DNA from: Pocillopora damicornis
Lineage: Eukaryota
Length of the DNA stretch: 64,000 bases
NCBI RefSeq assembly: GCF_003704095.1
Contig: NW_020847374.1
Span: 1 to 64,000 of the forward strand
Reading direction: 5' to 3'
Below are positions 59,001 to 64,000 of the stretch, piece by piece (within the stretch, counting starts at the first letter, position 1; each line of letters begins with the position of its first letter). Both the position numbers and the translations under genes were made by a program. The notes under the pieces were generated by a model. The model was given only the letters and a program-made list of their open reading frames with translations. It was not told where the DNA came from and did no database searches.

Positions 59001-61054
59001 GAAGGCCCTTTTTTTTAAAATCTGTTTAGTTTGGCTAACAGTGTAGCCTAATGTTTACGTTTTAACCATGCGAACTAGTCACGTCATCAGGTCAAGTAGT
59101 AAATCGCTAGTGTTTTCTTTCTTCCTGTTTATTCGTTTGTTTTGTTTTCGTTGTATCATGATTTATTTTCCGCAATTGTTGCTCGCAGTAAGACCGAATT
59201 CAAACCCCGATGAAATAGTAAATGCCACTAACTGCTGTTGACATTCAAACAAATGTCACTTCCTTATTACAGAACAAACGTAGCTTGCATTTACGCAATG
59301 AATCTGGAGTCGTTTGTGACGCTCGTGAAAATCCAACTACTGTACTAATGAACACTTGAAGAACCTGTGGTAGGGAAAAATGTAAACAATTTTATCCATC
59401 TCCAGTTCCCTTACCAGATATGTTGATAGTCGCACAGCCAGAAATAAAGCATAATCACTCCAAAAATCACAGCTTTTGATAAAAAATCTTCGAAAGATGG
59501 CTGATCCGGGTCTGTCTCTAGAAGTTTCTCAAATATTCCTCGGTTGCTTTGCCCCGCCTCTGTTGCGTCGCCGCGGCCAAATCGTGATACTGAGGCTAAA
59601 ACGAGAATTAAAGTCGACTTCAAATGACCCACAGTTAGCTCGATTCATACGACGTGGGATTTTTTTTTACTTTGCCTGTGATTTAATAACCTGTATATTG
59701 TAAGCAGAGGGTATTAAAAAAGTTGAAATGTTCCTCCTGGGGTAAGGGCTATCCACCAAAGTACTTTAAAGGGTAGGTCTCGCTTAACAAGGTCATCATT
59801 TTGTCGACTTATCATTTCCCAGTCTTTTATCGCCGTGCGCGCGGTACGGAATTACGGGGAGGAAGAGGGGATGGGGGGAAAGAGGGCGAGACCTCCTTTC
59901 CCTCTTGTCTACCCATAACACACGCCCCTAGGCTGCCCGTATTATGGCGGTGATTCGGGAGAGGCAGATGTTGCCACTCCCGCGATAGACCGCTGAAAGC
60001 TTTTGAAAGCGATAATGATATTTGGGATGCATGTTATCATCGTTCTCTGTACGTAGGCGACCGCAAAAATGATTTCCCCTATCCTACTGCTTTTTTCTTT
60101 TCGTAGCTGCACTGCTCAAAAAACCCTCGATGCCAGCTACGCAACTGCAACCTCGTTCCCAGTGTCCACGCTCTTCCTCCCTCGAGGGAGGAAGAGAGAG
60201 GACCCTGGGAACAAGAATCCTCTTTTAGTTCCCAGTGTCCACTCTCTTCTTCCCTCGCAATTTCCACCACTAAAGCAAACATTATCTAAACTGAAGACTC
60301 CAGCGTCATTGTACTTACGTGATTTGGAAACTGGATACAATGATATCAAGACATTTTCCTTCGCTAAAAACACGAGAAACAAATCGTAAGTTACTATCTA
60401 GTTTCATCTAAATCGCTCAACAATAGAGTTCTAAAGCGTGACTTCACGTTACCATGGCGCTGAAATATTCAATTCTAAACAATACGGATTATCTCTTGCG
60501 CGTGGGTCAATTAGCCATTGTGTTGAGGTCAATACATGTCAAGAATATAAGATTTGAGGGAAAGGAGGTACATAATCACTGTCTAATAGATTACGAGGGC
60601 ATCGGTTCAAATTTAAAACAAGTGACAGGGAGCATTGAGGAAGAACGAATTTTTCCAATTGAAACACAGAACTGAACTTACTAATAGTGTTTTTTAATTG
60701 TCACGTGGTGAAGTTGCGGATGCTAGTGAAAGTTGCGTGACATATTTGGACGAAAAGTAACGCAACCCTTTAGCTTAGTTTCCTAGCGTAACCATTTCAC
60801 TGCGGTATGCTAATGAAAAGGTTTTTACATTAAATCATGTGGTATTTTCAGCTACCCTTTTCGTCTCCCTCTGCCTCTTTATCTTCCTCTTCATTAGCTT
60901 TTCTCTTGTCTCGCCACTTCAGAATGTAACGCTTGGTTTTAAGCATAACCCACAGAAAGATGATGGATAACCAGAGACAGAACAGTGCCTTTTGATGGAT
61001 AGTTATCGGGCGCGTCGGTTCGACCCTAAGAAAAAGAGGAATTCCAATTGACAT
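56022..61054 (-). CDS. Cas1p-domain multi-pass membrane O-acetylation protein, RWA-like (no SGNH domain), 525 aa, 7 exons
   Basis: Exons 61054-60856, 59595-59415, 58811-58664, 58220-58127, 58031-57832, 57278-57127, 56625-56022, phase-consistent. Motifs [77 protein letters not shown]. Confidence 0.9.
57579..57695. repeat. ~115-bp imperfect palindrome (hairpin end of a dispersed repeat)
   Basis: ATTAAAACAGCTATTCACCTCAGTG..CTAGCAGTGGATATTTA / TAAATATCCACCACTAG..CACTGAGGTGAATAGTTTTTAAT. Confidence 0.75.
60147..60258. repeat. Short hairpin MITE-like element plus partial tandem copy
   Basis: GCAACCTCGTTCCCAG...CTGGGAACAAG with a central perfect palindrome CTCTTCCTCCCTCGAGGGAGGAAGAG. GTTCCCAGTGTCCAC.CTCTTC is repeated at 60228. 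Confidence 0.7.
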
Positions 61055-61589
61055 CAAGTTCCGAACGTGAACATCTTTTATGTTTCATTCTCAGTCACCT
61101 CTAAAGACGCCTATAACTTTGATCTCAGCCTAACTCAAAGGACACATTTTTCGCAATTTTTCACGCTGATCGGGGTGATATGGTATTGCAACCTCGTACC
61201 CAGGTTCTTAGAAACTGCAGCCTGCTAGCCTGGATTTCTCACTAAGTTTAAGCTTACCTTCCAAACGTTTGTATGGAGTTTAGGTAAATGTTGTGCTCTT
61301 CGTAATGAACAGCAGCGCTATCCTTGTAGATAGCTCCACCCATTCTTGCAAATTTCCTGTTGCTAAGAGTGGCGAAAAGGAATTTTTATTAGCATTATAA
61401 CACTTTGATTTAACTCAGGAATCACCTCCAACTTCGTGCACACTTTTAATTTTTTAGTCGAGCAATGGTAAGGCACTGGGAACCATACTCTAACACTCGT
61501 TACGAGCGTAGTCGGTACTATGATATATAGTGAGCTTGGTTACCGTCTTTTCCGAGACAAGAAGCTGCATCGGTGCTACGCTTGCTGTT

Positions 61590-61697
61590 GTCCATTTCGC
61601 AGCCTTTGTTTGGTCTAGTCACACAACGTCCTCTATTTCCCGTTTGAGAGAAAGCGCGTTGCGTGACGAGACCAAATAACGGTTGCGAGCGGACTAC
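61590..61697. repeat. Short imperfect palindromic element
   Basis: TCGCAGCCTTTGTTTGGTCTAGTCACACAACG ... CGTTGCGTGACGAGACCAAATAACGGTTGCGA. Confidence 0.6.
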
Positions 61698-62161
61698 GCA
61701 TACTGCCGTTCCTCCAACAGAGAGAAAATCAAAATTACTCGTCTACAATTAGTTACCTCAAAAATATAATTCCGCATAATTTTGCTACGAAAAGCATACT
61801 GAAACTCTGTTGTACCTCTAGCAGACCCTAACTAACGATATATTGCGATCTCGTATGAGTGAAGGTACATAAATCAAGAAGAAAGGATAATATTTCAAAG
61901 AGGGCTCCTAATTCATTGGTTAATGTCGACCTGGACCTTGCCTTGTGTCTGTGAAATTTACACGCAATTGGGTTGAGCCCAAAGTAGCTTAAAGCGACTT
62001 TAATTCGTAGAAGAAGTAAAACGCGGGAGAAATGCGTGGAAAACTCAACATTAGTAGCATTTAGTTCTCAAATGTGTCCAAAATTTCTGTTTAATGTCAT
62101 TCTTTGTTTACAGCCCCGTGATCCATGACATTATTTACAAGAAAACAATACCCTAACACTG

Positions 62162-62308
62162 TGATTGGTACAGGATATTCAAATGCTATGTTTGTGCAAG
62201 ATACAAACCCTATTACAGCAATCTGATTGGTGCAAGATACATACCTAAATGCGGCGATCTGATTGGTGCGAGATACATACCCTAATGCTGCTATCTGATT
62301 GGTGCGAG
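62162..62308. repeat. 39-bp tandem repeat (~3 copies), each with GATTGG
   Basis: GTGC(A/G)AGATACA.ACC...AT..GC..ATCTGATTG repeated at a 39-bp period. Confidence 0.75.
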
Positions 62309-64000
62309 CAACGTACCGCTCTATACGCTGACATGAAGTTGTTTTTTTCGGTAAAAAAAATAACTGAAAAAGCACTATTAATTTCATATTGTCTTACTTT
62401 CGTGAAATTTACTGAGCATTTTAATTTTAAAGAAATAAAAAAGAAAGATTAAAATTGCACAGACACCGTCGTTGTTTGGGGCCATGACCAAAGGCAACGT
62501 TGGTAGTTTAGGATTGTTACCGTGACCTCATAATCTTCATCGTATTAGAGTACATGAAACTTGATTAGTAAACCATTAGTTGAGTTAGTGAACGCTTTGG
62601 ATATCCTCCTAAGAATTAGAGCCGTAAATATTGGTACGTAAATTCCTTTGTATTGTTTCGCTTTTCAATATCGTGTTATATTTCTAAAGTACATCGAATC
62701 AGTTAGCGTTCTGTGATCTATTTTCAGTTCACCTTTTGTTTTATATGAAAAAAAAGAGAATAAAGTTAATGAATGCGACAACATGCGTTTATTCAGATTA
62801 TCCAAACCAGTCACGAAGACTTAACAAGGTAGCCCAGGTAAATATTGTTGTTATCGCCAAGATAATTAGTTGACTCATAATTTTTTTATAGGCTTTTTCA
62901 AATTGAATTGCTGGCTCGTTACGATTTTTGATCTTTTTTTGAAAAATCAAAGAAGCAAGATTTCTCGTGAAGAAAAATTATAAGCTTAATTAATAAAAGC
63001 CTCTTTAGAGCAGGTGACCAAACCGGCTGCCATAAGATCACTGAACCGTTTCAACGTTTAAAAATTCACTCTTCGTAATGATAATCACACACATATACAC
63101 AAAACAAAGCTCTGTCAGCTGTCGAAGTACAGCCGAGAACACCATGGTATCTACAAGAGCAATGGGTTGATATACCTGTTATTGACAAATTTCTTAAATT
63201 TGACGTACGCGAAAAGTCACTTACCAGTAAGACGGTGGGATAAAATCGAACGGAATTGAAGGACTTCCTAGATATTTTTCTCTGATGATGCCTGGCCTCA
63301 AAAGCTAAAGTCTATATGTTTTCTCGTAAAGAATTAAGACCCTAGGCGGTGGTCAGATATATTCGTGTTACCATTCAACTAAACGCATACTCTTGCAAAA
63401 GACAAAACATCAATAATGTCTAATGTGTCTCTGACTAGGTCTCACCAACAATTTGCCAACACATTTAGTAAATTACGTCATTTTAGTCAATAGAGGTATT
63501 CTTTATTGACACCCTGAAACGGCTTCATCTAATGTGTCTTTTGGAACAGATAAAATAAGAGATAAGGAAAAAAAACTCAAGATGAGAAATCCGGCAAACT
63601 TTGATTGGGAATACTGGCAAGAAGCTCGAAGAGTCTGAGTGACATCGCTTACAATTTGGAAAAGAAACAACAAATTACGGGAACCCAAACAACAATTTTT
63701 TAAAGCAAATGGAGGCAACTCAGAAAGAAAAGATAAAAATCGCTAATTAACAAATGGTAACAATCCTTTAAAAAAATTGAAAAGAGAAGGTCGCGAAAAA
63801 TTCAGGTCAGATTGAAAGGGTTAGTATTTTCCTGCGTTTGACTTGGTAATTAGCAGGAAAATATGCCCTCATCGGTATCTTATGTTTTTTAGGCATGTGC
63901 GCTTGTATGTGGGCAATAAGCGGGGGTATCAATTTGCTGTTCCAGCGTTCGGGTTATTTTTGTTTGTTTTTGACGTCTCATTGTGTGTGTTTTCTTTCTG

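Noticed and set aside
63225-63718. Possible coding exon of an RWA partner gene on the minus strand
   Set aside because: A good donor exists at 63225, but the frames are short with no SGNH/TBL motif; more likely a non-coding exon or chance.

Overview
Intron-rich, AT-rich animal genomic scaffold with four N-gaps. Gene content and repeat families suggest a scleractinian coral (inference). The genes were assembled by hand from GT-AG boundaries and reading phase. In order they are: a 5'-truncated apolipoprotein L-like gene (+); a full-length but strongly divergent actin (-); an uncharacterised 336-aa protein (-) head-to-head with RNASEH2A (+); two paralogous SLC36/AVT3-like amino-acid transporters (-) flanking a two-exon ANKS3 (+); an IDO2-like indoleamine 2,3-dioxygenase (+, about 16 exons, one presumably in a gap); two head-to-head GDE1 paralogues; and a Cas1p-domain membrane O-acetylation protein (-) whose size and motifs resemble plant RWA proteins more than animal CASD1. 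Non-coding DNA holds many ~200-bp TTAA-flanked MITEs, a nested foldback-type element, Penelope-type repeats carrying a minimal hammerhead ribozyme motif, and several tandem duplications. The strongest leads are the RWA-type protein, an actin lacking its ATP-hydrolysis residues, conserved dileucine sorting signals in both transporters, a hammerhead-related insertion with a 10-bp target-site duplication, and a duplicated 'poison' splice donor in IDO.
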